Source: an uncultured Anaerolineales bacterium (GTDB lineage: Bacteria; Chloroflexota; Anaerolineae; UBA1429). From it: a DNA stretch of 64,000 nt. The first letter of the stretch is position 1, and every line of letters begins with the position of its first letter. Position numbers and translations under genes: made by a program. Location: the NCBI GenBank assembly GCA_964651255.1, contig CAZYWU010000007.1, positions 7,817 to 71,816 of the forward strand, in the 5' to 3' direction. Positions 18,007-27,676 of the stretch are shown here, piece after piece. The notes beneath the pieces were generated by a model. That model made no database searches and was not told where the DNA came from. It saw only the letters and a program-made list of their open reading frames with translations.

Positions 18007-19102
18007 CGCCGAACTGCTCCAGGGTCTCCTCGCGCAGTTCGGTGCCGAACCCGATCCCCTCGGGCGCATAGATCATTCCGCCCTCGATGCGGGCGCGATC
18101 CACATACATCCCGGGGCCTTTGGGCTTGCCGCCAGTCTCGCACCAGATGGCCGTGGGGGTGGCCATCAACAGATGCGTGGTGACGCCCTCTCCGCCGTGG
18201 CTGGCGACGGCCACATGGTTGGCGGAGGCGAGGCCGGCGATCTCCATCCACTCGCTGGGGCCGCCGGTGCGCCGTGCATCGGGCTGCAGGATGTCGCAGC
18301 CCCGTGCAGTGATGAGCTCCTGCACCGCATGGCGCCCATAGTGATTCTCGCCTGTCGCCACAGGAACGGCGAGTTGGTCGCACAGCCAGGTGTACCCGGC
18401 CGTATCGTGCGGCCGCAGCGGCTCCTCAAACCAGTGCACGCCCAGCTCCTGGTAGACCAGACCGCGACGCAGCGCTTCGTTGCGGTCCAGCACCTGGTTC
18501 GCGTCCACCATGACGAGGCCCGACGGCCCCACGATCTCGCGGGCGATCTCGATGCGTCGCACGTCGTCTTCCAGCGGGCCGCCGGCGACCTTGATCTTGA
18601 CCCCCGTGAATCCATCGCGCACCACAGTCTCCAGCGCCCGCCGGTAATGGCTGAGGTCGCCATCGTCGTCATAGTACCAGCCGACCATGGCGTAGGCCGG
18701 GATGCGATCGCGGCAGGCGCCCAGCAGGCGCCAGCCGGGCACCCTCAGGGACCGAGCCATCAAATCCCAGAGGCAGGCGTCCAGCGCCGTCAGGGCGAAA
18801 TGGGCCATGCCCTGGGCGCCGACGTACTCCAGTTCGTGGGTCATGCGCTCACGCAAGAGCCGTGGCAGGAAGGGGTCCCCGCCAACCAGTGCCGGCGCCA
18901 GCTGCCGCTCGATCAGCACCTGCAGCGCAGGCGCAGCATGAATCGAGACGCCCAGATAGATATAGCCGTGGCCCGTGAGGCCGGCGTCGGTACGCACGCG
19001 GACCACGACCCCGGCACGATCGCCAAAGCGGTGCTGGGCATCGGCATAGCCGCCGCGATCGGGAAAAGCCAGGCGGATGGTTTCTACCGAGGTGATCTGC
19101 AC
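17996..19102 (-). CDS. Mandelate racemase/muconate-lactonizing-enzyme family protein (enolase superfamily), second copy in the window
   Basis: Capping domain plus TIM barrel with KxK (VKIKV), the metal ligands D/E/D (VDANQ, FEEP, QPD) and a His-Asp dyad region. Confidence 0.8.
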   Translation of the reverse strand: MQITSVETIRLAFPDRGGYADAQHRFGDRAGVVVRVRTDAGLTGHGYIYLGVSIHAAPALQVLIERQLAPALVGGDPFLPRLLRERMTHELEYVGAQGMAHFALTALDACLWDLMARSLRVPGWRLLGACRDRIPAYAMVGWYYDDDGDLSHYRRALETVVRDGFTGVKIKVAGGPLEDDVRRIEIAREIVGPSGLVMVDANQVLDRNEALRRGLVYQELGVHWFEEPLRPHDTAGYTWLCDQLAVPVATGENHYGRHAVQELITARGCDILQPDARRTGGPSEWMEIAGLASANHVAVASHGGEGVTTHLLMATPTAIWCETGGKPKGPGMYVDRARIEGGMIYAPEGIGFGTELREETLEQFGVRD

Positions 19103-19259
19103 AGAGGGCCTCCTTCGATAGGCATTTGCGCGGCTAGTATCGCCTGGGCAAGCGGCATTGGCAAGTCGCGGGGCCTGGCGGCCGTCTCACTGGTCGCGTT
19201 ACAGCCGAGGACATCGCCAGCGCTCTCGCCTGGGCCGGCATCGGTCAGCCGTAAGGGGG

Positions 19260-19931
19260 TCAGTTCAGCTCCCAGGTGGAGCGCACCGCCCGCATAAAGG
19301 TCGCCAGTTTCGCCTCATCGAGCCGGCCATCGGTCCGCACACCGGAGCAAATGTCCACGCCGTAAGGTCGCACCTGCCGGATGGCGTCCGCCACGTTGCC
19401 GGGGTTCAGCCCTCCCGCCAGAAACACTGGCACAGGCGACCGCGCACAGATCTCGCGGCTAATGTCCCAGTTGTGCGTCCTTCCAGTGCCCCCCAGCTCT
19501 TTGACCGGCAGCCCCGGGTTGCCTGAATCCAGTAGCAGCGCATCCGCATGCCCGGCCGCTGCCAGAGCCTGGTCTATGCTTGTTGGACCCAGCACGTGTA
19601 TCACCTGGATCAAGGCCATGCCCGGCAGCGCAGCACGCAGTTCCGCAAAAGCTTCGGGTTCCACATGGTCCACCAGCTGGATAGCGCGTGGCCGCAGCCG
19701 CCGCTGCTGGTCGATGATCGCGGGAGCGTCCTGCTCGGCGGTGAGCAGCACCGGCGTCACGCCTGGAGGCGTGGCCGTGGCCACGTCTGAGATGACCGCA
19801 TCGGGGATGACGCCTGGCCCGCTGGGCATGGCCGAGACCAGCCCCAGAGCGTTGGCGCCGTAGGCGATCGCCAGCCGGGCCTCTTGCAGGCTGCTGATGC
19901 AGCATATCTTGACGCGAACGATGCTGGGCAT
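19260..19931 (-). CDS. trpF: N-(5'-phosphoribosyl)anthranilate isomerase
   Basis: Start is at MPSIVRVKICCI (the VKICGI motif). The C-terminal block VFLAGGLNPGNVADAIRQVRPYGVDICSGVR is the TrpF signature. No other trp genes lie adjacent. Confidence 0.8.
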   Translation of the reverse strand: MPSIVRVKICCISSLQEARLAIAYGANALGLVSAMPSGPGVIPDAVISDVATATPPGVTPVLLTAEQDAPAIIDQQRRLRPRAIQLVDHVEPEAFAELRAALPGMALIQVIHVLGPTSIDQALAAAGHADALLLDSGNPGLPVKELGGTGRTHNWDISREICARSPVPVFLAGGLNPGNVADAIRQVRPYGVDICSGVRTDGRLDEAKLATFMRAVRSTWELN

Positions 19932-20473
19932 GGGAACCCCCGGGGACGACACATCACACAGACTGTCTGGGGAATGGCTTGCGGCGAGTGAGCCGGTAAG
20001 CCGAATTCTGTTGCGGCGTGCCTCCACGCCGCCGGCGATCATCTATCTGGGACGCCGATTGCTCGACGCCTCCTGCGACCTACCCGAGGCCTGGGACGAG
20101 CAGCCCCTGTCCCGGTTGCCCGGGACGCCTCATGCTTGGTCTTGCTCCCGATGGGGTTTGCCTGGCCGGCCCGGTCGCCCGGTCCGCCGGTGGTCTCTTA
20201 CACCACCGTTTCACCCTCGCTGACGTTGGCGGCAAGCCGCCAACGTTTAGCAATTTCCTCTCTGTTGCACTGTGCCGTCGGGTCACCCCGCCTGGACGTT
20301 ATCCAGCATCGTGCTCTGGGGAGTTCGGACTTTCCTCGAACATCGCAATGGATGCCCGCGATCGCCTGGCCCACTCGCCTCAGTGATAATACCATTGACC
20401 GCCTCGCGCGGCAAGTTTACACATTACACAGTGCTGATTGCCGTCAGCAACGCCGTGCGCCTCAGACGAACCT

Positions 20474-20502
20474 TTGACACCCCCCGTTGCCCCCGCTATC
20501 AT
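20474..20502 (+). promoter_or_regulatory. Sigma70-like promoter: TTGACA, 17 nt spacer, TATCAT, about 24 nt upstream of the radical-SAM start codon
   Basis: Consensus -35 hexamer with exact 17-nt spacing to a near-consensus -10, read from the sequence. Confidence 0.5.
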
Positions 20503-20525
20503 CGTTTATCGGAAAGGACGCGGGG

Positions 20526-22112
20526 ATGGCACGACGCGACGTAGAGATAGCCCGAGACTATGCGCAGGGCGAGACGGGCGCGGTGGTCCGGGACTGGGGC
20601 GGGCACGTACCCATCGCGCTGATATACCCCAACGGCTACGGCGTCGGGATGTCCAGCCTGGCCATGCACGCCCTGTACGGGTTGCTGAACACGCAGGCGG
20701 GCCTGCTGGCCGAGCGCGCCTTTGCCTGGCTGGACCGCAGGCCACAGTCAGACAGCCCGGTGCTTCTCCTCGAGTCCGGACGCCCTATCTCGGACGCCGC
20801 CGTGCTGGCCGCGACCCTCTCCTTTGAGATGGACTATTTCCACCTGATTGACCTGCTGCGCCGGGCAGGCATCCCGCCGCGCGCGTCCGACAGGGATGCC
20901 TCACATCCCCTTGTGCTGCTAGGGGGACCGGCGGTCTCGGCCAACCCGGCGCCGCTCATGGGCCTGGCAGATGCGATCCTGATCGGCGAGATCGAGCCCG
21001 TGCTTGCCGATCTGGCACAGGTGCTCCGCGGGATCTGGGATACCGACCGCGCGGACACGCTCGAGGCTCTGGCCGCCCTGCCGGGCGTCCTCGTGCCATC
21101 CATCAACGGCGATCAGCCTGTGCAGCGTCTGCAGCTATGTGATCTGGATGCCTATCCCACACAGACGCAGATCCTGGCCCCCCGGGCCGAGTTTGGGGAC
21201 ATGCACCTGATCGAGATCTCGCGGGGCTGTGTGCACGGCTGCCGGTTCTGCCTCGCGGGGAGCCTCTACCGCCCCTACCGCGAGCGCTCGCCGGACAGCA
21301 TCCTCGACCAGGCGCGGCAGGGCCTGCGCTGGAGGAGAAAGCTCGGCCTGGTCGCCGCCGCGGTCTCGGATCATACACAGATCGATGAGCTGGCAGCCAG
21401 ACTCTCCGAGATGGGTGCGGCCATCTCGGTGTCATCGCTGAGGGTGCGCCCCCTGCCAGAGAGCCTCATCGACGCCCTGGAGGCCTCGGGCAGCCGCTCC
21501 ATCACCATCGCACCGGAGGCCGGCTCGGAGCGGCTGCGCCGGCTGATCCGCAAGGGGATCACACATGAGGACATACTGCGCGCGGCGGAGCGGCTCCGCG
21601 GCCGCTTTGCCTCGCTCAAACTCTATAGCATGATCGGCCTGCCCACCGAGACCGACGAAGATGTGACGGAACTGCTCAGCCTGGTGGCCGAGGTCCAGAC
21701 GCGCTTTGACCGCGAGGTGGTGCTCAACGTGACCCCCTTTGTGCCCAAAGCGCACACGCCGTTCCAGCGGGTCGGCATGGCCGAGGGTCCGGTACTGGAG
21801 GCCCGCATCCGCCAGCTCCGCGAGGGCTGCCGCGCACTGCGGGTCCAGCTCCGGGCAGAAAGCGTGGAGGCGTCGCAGGTACAGGCAGTGCTGGCACGCG
21901 GCGACCGGCGCATCGGCGAGGTGCTGCTCAGCATGGAGAGACCCACGGCCAGGGATTTCCCTCGCGCCTTGCGGCGAGCCGGTGTCGACATGGAAAAGGA
22001 ACTGTCGGCCCGCCCGGCCGAGGCTGAGCTGCCCTGGCAACAGGTCCAGATCGGCCCCCGGAGAGCCGCAGAGTGGTCCCCTACGATGAAGGAAGACAGT
22101 TGTGAAGAGTGA
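20526..22112 (+). CDS. Radical SAM protein with an N-terminal B12-binding-like domain (TIGR03960-type conserved hypothetical)
   Basis: CxxxCxxC cluster motif (CVHGCRFC). The N-terminal ~200 aa resemble a B12-binding/Rossmann-like domain. Start is at MARRDVEI with an AAGGA RBS. The 3' end overlaps the next gene by 11 nt. Confidence 0.75.
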   Translation: MARRDVEIARDYAQGETGAVVRDWGGHVPIALIYPNGYGVGMSSLAMHALYGLLNTQAGLLAERAFAWLDRRPQSDSPVLLLESGRPISDAAVLAATLSFEMDYFHLIDLLRRAGIPPRASDRDASHPLVLLGGPAVSANPAPLMGLADAILIGEIEPVLADLAQVLRGIWDTDRADTLEALAALPGVLVPSINGDQPVQRLQLCDLDAYPTQTQILAPRAEFGDMHLIEISRGCVHGCRFCLAGSLYRPYRERSPDSILDQARQGLRWRRKLGLVAAAVSDHTQIDELAARLSEMGAAISVSSLRVRPLPESLIDALEASGSRSITIAPEAGSERLRRLIRKGITHEDILRAAERLRGRFASLKLYSMIGLPTETDEDVTELLSLVAEVQTRFDREVVLNVTPFVPKAHTPFQRVGMAEGPVLEARIRQLREGCRALRVQLRAESVEASQVQAVLARGDRRIGEVLLSMERPTARDFPRALRRAGVDMEKELSARPAEAELPWQQVQIGPRRAAEWSPTMKEDSCEE

Positions 22113-22887
22113 CGCGCCCGTGCTCTACCGGTTTGACAGCCTGGCTCAGCAGGAACTCGTTCATGGCATCTCCCTGAGCTGCGGCGGCGTGAGCCACGGC
22201 GCCATCACTGGCCTCAACCTGGGGCATACGGTGGGCGATGACCCTCAAGCCGTGGAGGCCAACCACGCGCTTCTCTACGCCGCGCTGGGCATTGCGCCGG
22301 AGCAGGTAGTGACCGCGCACCAGGTGCATGGCGCGCACGTCGCGGCCGTCGGCCCCGACCAGGCAGGGACCATCATCCCCGCCACCGACGGGCTCATCAG
22401 CAACACGCCGGGGCTGTATTTGCTGATGCGCTTTGCGGACTGCGTCCCTGTGCTGTTTTTCGATCCCGTGCGGCGCGCTATCGGCCTGGCGCACGCCGGC
22501 TGGCGCGGCGCCCTGGCCCGCGTGGCCGCCCGCACAGCGAGCGCCATGGTTCGCGAGTATGGCTGCCGGCCGGAGCATATCCTGGCCGCCATCGGCCCAT
22601 CAATCGGCCCCTGCTGTTATGAGGTGGGACCCGAGGTGGTCGCGGCTGTATCGACGGCCTTTCCGGAAGCCCATGATCTCGTTTCCCGCCCTCAGGCCTC
22701 GGGGCATGCCCATCTCAATCTGTGGGCCATGGTACACGCCCAGCTGTTGGAGGCCGGCCTGGAACACATCGAGACCGCGCGCCTGTGCACCGCCTGCCGC
22801 AGCGACCTCTTTTACAGTTACAGAAGGCAAGGGGCCTCCTCAGGGCGCTTTGGGGCAATCATCGGCTTGAGACCATCGGGTGTATAA
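22102..22887 (+). CDS. pgeF: YfiH/PgeF family protein (DUF152, purine nucleoside phosphorylase / laccase-domain, peptidoglycan editing factor)
   Basis: GTG start. Conserved His/Cys/His metal triad context (HAGWRG, CCYEV, HAH) typical of YfiH/YlmD. Confidence 0.8.
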   Translation: MKSDAPVLYRFDSLAQQELVHGISLSCGGVSHGAITGLNLGHTVGDDPQAVEANHALLYAALGIAPEQVVTAHQVHGAHVAAVGPDQAGTIIPATDGLISNTPGLYLLMRFADCVPVLFFDPVRRAIGLAHAGWRGALARVAARTASAMVREYGCRPEHILAAIGPSIGPCCYEVGPEVVAAVSTAFPEAHDLVSRPQASGHAHLNLWAMVHAQLLEAGLEHIETARLCTACRSDLFYSYRRQGASSGRFGAIIGLRPSGV

Positions 22888-22898
22888 TAGGAGACACT

Positions 22899-23657
22899 GT
22901 GGACGACAAACGGGACGAGCAGGCCGCGATCGCTGGCCTGATTGCCAGAAACCTGAGCCGTGTTGAGCACCGCATCGCCGCAGCCTGTGAGGCTGCGGGG
23001 CGCGATCGCAGCGAGGTTCTTCTCGTTGCTGTAAGCAAAGGACGCAGCGTCGAACAGATCGTGGCCGCCTACTCGTGTGGGCTGAGGCAGCTGGGCGAGA
23101 ACCGGATCGAGGAACTGGAGGCCAAGCGGCCGCTGGTTGAGAAAGCCCTGGCTCCTGAGCGCCCCACCTGGCACATGATTGGGCACGTGCAGAGCCGCAA
23201 GGCGGCTCGCGTGGCCGCCGCCGGGGTCCTGGTGCACTCGGTCGACACCCTGCGGCTGGCGCAGCGCCTGGAGAGCTACGGCCAGTCCCACGGTGAGACG
23301 ATAAGGGTTCTGCTGCAGGTGAACGTGTCCGGCGAGGAGACCAAGTCCGGCTTTGATGCCTCGACCGACGAGGCCGCATCGGCCTTTGTAGACGTCTGCG
23401 CCGGCCTGCGCGAGCATGCGCATCTCCAGATTGAGGGGCTGATGACCATCGCCCCCGCCGTACCGGATGCTGAGCAAGCCCGGCCGGTGTTTCGCAGGCT
23501 GAGGTTGCTGCGAGACCGCCTGCGCAGCGAGTGCCCCTGGAGCCAGTGGAACGCGCTATCCATGGGCATGTCCGACGATTTCAAGATCGCGATTGAAGAA
23601 GGCGCCACTATCGTCCGTATCGGACGGGCGCTCTTTGACCCACAAGAGAGTGAGTAG
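22899..23657 (+). CDS. yggS: YggS-family pyridoxal-phosphate homeostasis protein (YlmE)
   Basis: GTG start is preceded by GGAGAC and a TATAAT box. PLP-lysine context LLVAVSKGRS. The HxIGHxQSNK-like block is HMIGHVQSRK. Confidence 0.85.
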   Translation: MDDKRDEQAAIAGLIARNLSRVEHRIAAACEAAGRDRSEVLLVAVSKGRSVEQIVAAYSCGLRQLGENRIEELEAKRPLVEKALAPERPTWHMIGHVQSRKAARVAAAGVLVHSVDTLRLAQRLESYGQSHGETIRVLLQVNVSGEETKSGFDASTDEAASAFVDVCAGLREHAHLQIEGLMTIAPAVPDAEQARPVFRRLRLLRDRLRSECPWSQWNALSMGMSDDFKIAIEEGATIVRIGRALFDPQESE

Positions 23658-23667
23658 GATTCACAGC

Positions 23668-24495
23668 ATGAGTCAAGCCCTGCAAAACCAGCAGATTGCC
23701 CTTATCGGGGGCGGCGTCATGGGAGAGGCAATCATCCGCGGATTGCTGAACGTCGGCGCCCTGCCGCCTGAACAAATCATCGTCAGCGAACCGGTCGCCG
23801 AGCGCCGCCAGGCGCTGCGGGAGGCACTGGGCGTCCGGTGCACCGGGGACAATATCGAGGCCGTGCGAGGGGCGAATATCATAGTGTTCGCGGTCAAACC
23901 CCAGGTACTCACTGGCGTCCTGGAAGGATTGCGAGGGCGCATCGCTGCGGATAGCCTGGTCATCAGCATCGTCGCGGGGGCGCCGATTGCGCGCTTCCGC
24001 GAAGCGCTGGACACGCGTGCGATCGTGCGGGTGATTCCCAACACCCCGGGGCAGATCGGCCAGGGGGTCTCGCTCTGGACAGATACGCCCGAGACCACGG
24101 ACGTGCAACGGGAGCAGGCGCGCGCGTTGCTGGCGGCGCTCGGCGTGGAGGTGCATGGCCACAACGAGGATGAAGTCGACATGGCCACGGCGATCAGTGG
24201 TTCGGGCCCTGCCTATGTTTTTTTGTTCATCGAGGCGCTCACGGACGCGGGGGTGCAGATGGGCCTCTCGCGGGATGTGGCCTCTGCGCTGGCACTGCAG
24301 ACGGTGCTGGGCTCCGCCGCCTACGCCCAGAACGCCGCAGTACATCCGGCTATCCTGCGCAATCGGGTGACGTCGCCCGGCGGGACGACGGCCGCTGCGC
24401 TCTATGAATTGGAAGCAGGCGGATTTCGTGCCACGCTGACGCGCGCCGCGCTGGCAGCGTACCGGCAAGCACAGCGTCTGGGGGGTGTTCAGTGA
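23668..24495 (+). CDS. proC: Pyrroline-5-carboxylate reductase
   Basis: N-terminal NADP Rossmann (IALIGGGVMGEAI) and the C-terminal dimerisation signature (VTSPGGTTAAAL). Confidence 0.9.
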   Translation: MSQALQNQQIALIGGGVMGEAIIRGLLNVGALPPEQIIVSEPVAERRQALREALGVRCTGDNIEAVRGANIIVFAVKPQVLTGVLEGLRGRIAADSLVISIVAGAPIARFREALDTRAIVRVIPNTPGQIGQGVSLWTDTPETTDVQREQARALLAALGVEVHGHNEDEVDMATAISGSGPAYVFLFIEALTDAGVQMGLSRDVASALALQTVLGSAAYAQNAAVHPAILRNRVTSPGGTTAAALYELEAGGFRATLTRAALAAYRQAQRLGGVQ

Positions 24496-24758
24496 TTACG
24501 GTCTTGATCAACTTTGTGCAGCTACTCGCTCAGGCGCTCAACCTGGCGATTTTCGCCCGCGTGATCATCTCCTGGCTGCCGATCTCGCCGGAGAGCCCTT
24601 TTGTGCGCTTTCTTCTGGGCATTACAGAGCCTATCCTGGGGCCCATTCGCCGGGCCATGCCCCGCACCGGCATGTTCGATCTGTCGCCCTTCCTGGGGCT
24701 GATTCTCATCAGCCTCGCCGAGCAGGTGCTATTGATGGCTCTCAGAAGGCTGGGCTAG
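24492..24758 (+). CDS. yggT: YggT-family small membrane protein (Ycf19/YlmG)
   Basis: 88 aa with two TM helices. Start overlaps the proC stop (ATGA). Standard position after yggS/proC. Confidence 0.8.
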   Translation: MITVLINFVQLLAQALNLAIFARVIISWLPISPESPFVRFLLGITEPILGPIRRAMPRTGMFDLSPFLGLILISLAEQVLLMALRRLG

Positions 24759-26888
24759 CGTCAAGGGCTGGTAGGCCGGGTACTGCTCCATATCGACGCT
24801 CTGGGTGATGTTGGTGCGGGTCCCTGTGCGCAGATCCAGCGTAAAGATGTCCCAGCCCCCATCACGATTGCTGAAATAGGCGATCTGGCCGCCATCGGGG
24901 GACCAGGTGCCCCCGTGATCATCGGCATAGACGTCCTGCGTCAGGTTGCGCGGCTGGCCGCCCTCGATGGCGATCGCCATGATCTCCATGTTCCTGTCGC
25001 GATAGCTCTCCCACAGCAACTGGCGCCCATCAGGGGACCACGCCGGGCCCTGATCGGTGCCCTCATCGGTGGTGAGCGCGCGCACATCCGATCCATCGGG
25101 AGCCATCAGGTAGATGTCGAGATTTCCCGAGCGATCGGATACAAAGGCGAGCGTGTCCCCGGCGGGAGACCAGGCAGGGGCATAGTCCGCAGACGGGGAC
25201 TGCGTGAGTCGCTGCTGGTTGCCGCCGCCGGCATCCATAACATAGATCTCCCAGTTCCCGTCCCGATAGCTGGCAAAGGCGAGCTGCTGATTATCAGGCG
25301 ACCAGGTGGGCGTCCAATCCTCGGCCGGGTTCTCTGTGAGGTTCACGGGATCGCTACCGTCAGCATTCATGACGAATATCTCGCGGTTTCCCACACGATC
25401 GCTCACAAAGGCCAGTCGCTCACCATCAGGGGACCAGGCTGGTCCAGTGTTATCGCCCGCGCCTTGCGTCAGCCGCACAGGATCCAGGCCATCTCCCTGC
25501 ATCAGATAGATGTCCCACTGCTGTCCGGCCTCGGGCTTTCCCATATAGGCCAGCCGGTACACCGCATCAGCCTGAGCACTCTCGGCCACGACGGGTTCCT
25601 CCCCTTCAGCCGCGACAACCTGTCTCGTGGGAGGAGCATCGGTCCAGCTGATGCGCGTCTCTCGAGCCCGCCAGACGGAGCCCACGGCGATAATCAGTGC
25701 GCCAATGACCACCCACAGCCCGAGGCCGACCCAGTCGATCCGCCGGTTGAGCAGGGGAGGTACAGAGGGATGTGGCAGGGTCTTGTACTCGCGAGACTGG
25801 CGCACGGTCTCCATCAGGCTGCGATTGTTTCTCAGCCACCGCAAAAAGAGGGCATTCCGGAAGCGATAGAGGCCACCACCGAGCTGTTCCACAAGGTCAC
25901 GCTGGCGCAGCTCGTCCAGCCCCTGCTCTACATCGGCGAGCGGCATCTCGACACGTTCCCGCTGCAGGCGGCGACGCACGTCGTCGGGCGTCCCAAAGCC
26001 GTGTGTCCCGATGCTCTCGGCAAAGACGCACAACATGATGCGCGCACGAATGCTGCAGCGCTCCCAGAGCTCTGAGAACTGGGGCGAGGCCCACTCTACC
26101 ACCTCATCCACCGCCTGCTCCGTCTCGATCAATCCCACCCAGCCGCGCTGGGCACGTTTCTCAAACAGGATGTGCCCATAGAGCTGCACCAGGTGCGGCT
26201 CGCCCCCTGTGAGCGCATAGATGCGCCGCATCGACTCGAGATCGTAGGTGAGATTGCCCCGTGCCGGCACCAGGAGCAGATCCTCCGTCTCCCCCAGCGA
26301 CAAACCGCTCAGAACCACAGACGGTATGCTGATATCGATGCTCTGGCACTCTTCGGGACGCGCATCGATCGCAAGCACGAGCGCCACCGGGCCGCCGCGA
26401 CAGACGCTGTCCAGGGCAGCAACAGCCTGTGGCCAGCTCCGGTCCGCGGCACACTCGCGCAGGCCAAGACCGTCGATGGCCACATACGCAGAACGCGCCT
26501 CTGGATCAGATGCGATTATCTGCAGACACGCGCCCAGATCAGCCAGTGCATCGCCAGTCTCCTGCCCAGGCCATTCGAGAGCGCCAGTCATTGCCCGTGC
26601 GATCCTCTGAGCGAGCGTTCCCGGGCCGGCGCAGTCTTGCCAATCCAGGATGATCATGTCGGCGAGCGACCCGATGCGAACGCTCAGGTGGTTGAGAAGG
26701 GATGTTTTGCCGATGTGGGGCTTGCCGTAGACCACCACGAGCCGCCGGTCCGTCTGCCAGATGTCCTGCAAGGTGACAAGCTCGCGCTCGCGGCCGAAAA
26801 AGAGGTCTTCACCGCCCAGCGGCCGGTCGATGATATACGGATTACGCAAGAATGAACTCCCTAGGCCTGGTAGAGGATGCGGCCGCAA
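24729..26888 (-). CDS. Multidomain protein: N-terminal P-loop ATPase (ORC/AAA-like, GKPHIGKT), one TM helix, C-terminal TolB-like beta-propeller (PD40 repeats)
   Basis: Walker A YGKPHIGKTSLL. A central hydrophobic segment (WVVIGALIIAVGSVW). Six or more GPAWSPDG.../FVSDR-type PD40 repeats at the C-terminus. Confidence 0.75.
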   Translation of the reverse strand: MRPHPLPGLGSSFLRNPYIIDRPLGGEDLFFGRERELVTLQDIWQTDRRLVVVYGKPHIGKTSLLNHLSVRIGSLADMIILDWQDCAGPGTLAQRIARAMTGALEWPGQETGDALADLGACLQIIASDPEARSAYVAIDGLGLRECAADRSWPQAVAALDSVCRGGPVALVLAIDARPEECQSIDISIPSVVLSGLSLGETEDLLLVPARGNLTYDLESMRRIYALTGGEPHLVQLYGHILFEKRAQRGWVGLIETEQAVDEVVEWASPQFSELWERCSIRARIMLCVFAESIGTHGFGTPDDVRRRLQRERVEMPLADVEQGLDELRQRDLVEQLGGGLYRFRNALFLRWLRNNRSLMETVRQSREYKTLPHPSVPPLLNRRIDWVGLGLWVVIGALIIAVGSVWRARETRISWTDAPPTRQVVAAEGEEPVVAESAQADAVYRLAYMGKPEAGQQWDIYLMQGDGLDPVRLTQGAGDNTGPAWSPDGERLAFVSDRVGNREIFVMNADGSDPVNLTENPAEDWTPTWSPDNQQLAFASYRDGNWEIYVMDAGGGNQQRLTQSPSADYAPAWSPAGDTLAFVSDRSGNLDIYLMAPDGSDVRALTTDEGTDQGPAWSPDGRQLLWESYRDRNMEIMAIAIEGGQPRNLTQDVYADDHGGTWSPDGGQIAYFSNRDGGWDIFTLDLRTGTRTNITQSVDMEQYPAYQPLTLAQPSESHQ

Positions 26889-27565
26889 CCCTCACAGGTA
26901 GCCACTGCATCTTGCCCGCCCTCTGCGATGGTGATCTTGTGTCGGGGGACCGTAACATGACATATCTGGCAGACACCGTCACGCATGGGTGCCAGCGGCC
27001 TGCCACCCTTTGTACGGCGAAGCTCATCATATAGCGCCATCTCCCGCGCCGGTACAGTGGCGCGAAGCCGTTCGCGCTCAATCTGCAGTTGCTGTAAGCG
27101 TGCACGGAGCGTCGAATAGGTCTCGCGAGCCTCGGCCGTGCCCTGCTCCCACGTTTCCTCAAACGCCGCCAGATCGGCAGCACCGTTCCGCACCTGCGTC
27201 TCCAGATCTTCCAGGAGGGCCATCAGTTCAAGGCCTTGATCCTCAAGGTGGGCCATCTGTGCCCGCAGTTGCTCGCTGTCGCGACGCAGGTTCTCCAGCT
27301 CTCGCGGCGCAGTGATCTCGCCGCCATAGAGGTCCTTTTCCACCTGAGACACATGGGCCTGAAGGCTTTCCAGCTCCAGTTCGATATTGGCCAGCCGCGC
27401 ACGCACATCTGCGGCCGACTGCACCAGGCGTTCTTGCCTCTCGCGACGCTCGTTGAGCTCGCGCGGGTTGGTCAGGCGCTCGCGCGCCTCCTGGTAGATG
27501 CGCCCCTTTTCATCCCATTCCTCATCGACAGCGGCCAGGCGTATCAGGGCCTGGATGAGATCCAT
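26861..27565 (-). CDS. C4 zinc-ribbon, coiled-coil protein (DUF164-like)
   Basis: Start is at MDLIQAL with an AGGAGG RBS. Long heptad-rich coiled-coil body and a terminal CQICH...CEGCGRIL zinc ribbon. The 3' end overlaps the start of the downstream ATPase-TolB gene by about 28 nt. Confidence 0.7.
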   Translation of the reverse strand: MDLIQALIRLAAVDEEWDEKGRIYQEARERLTNPRELNERRERQERLVQSAADVRARLANIELELESLQAHVSQVEKDLYGGEITAPRELENLRRDSEQLRAQMAHLEDQGLELMALLEDLETQVRNGAADLAAFEETWEQGTAEARETYSTLRARLQQLQIERERLRATVPAREMALYDELRRTKGGRPLAPMRDGVCQICHVTVPRHKITIAEGGQDAVATCEGCGRILYQA

Positions 27566-27676
27566 ACCTGTCCTCCTGCGTCGGTTCCTTACGGGGGTGC
27601 TGTTACATGAGTATATCACCGCGAACTCGGGCCTCCAAGCGTCGCCCGAGGCTCGCCGCGCAGTGTGTACACAAGT

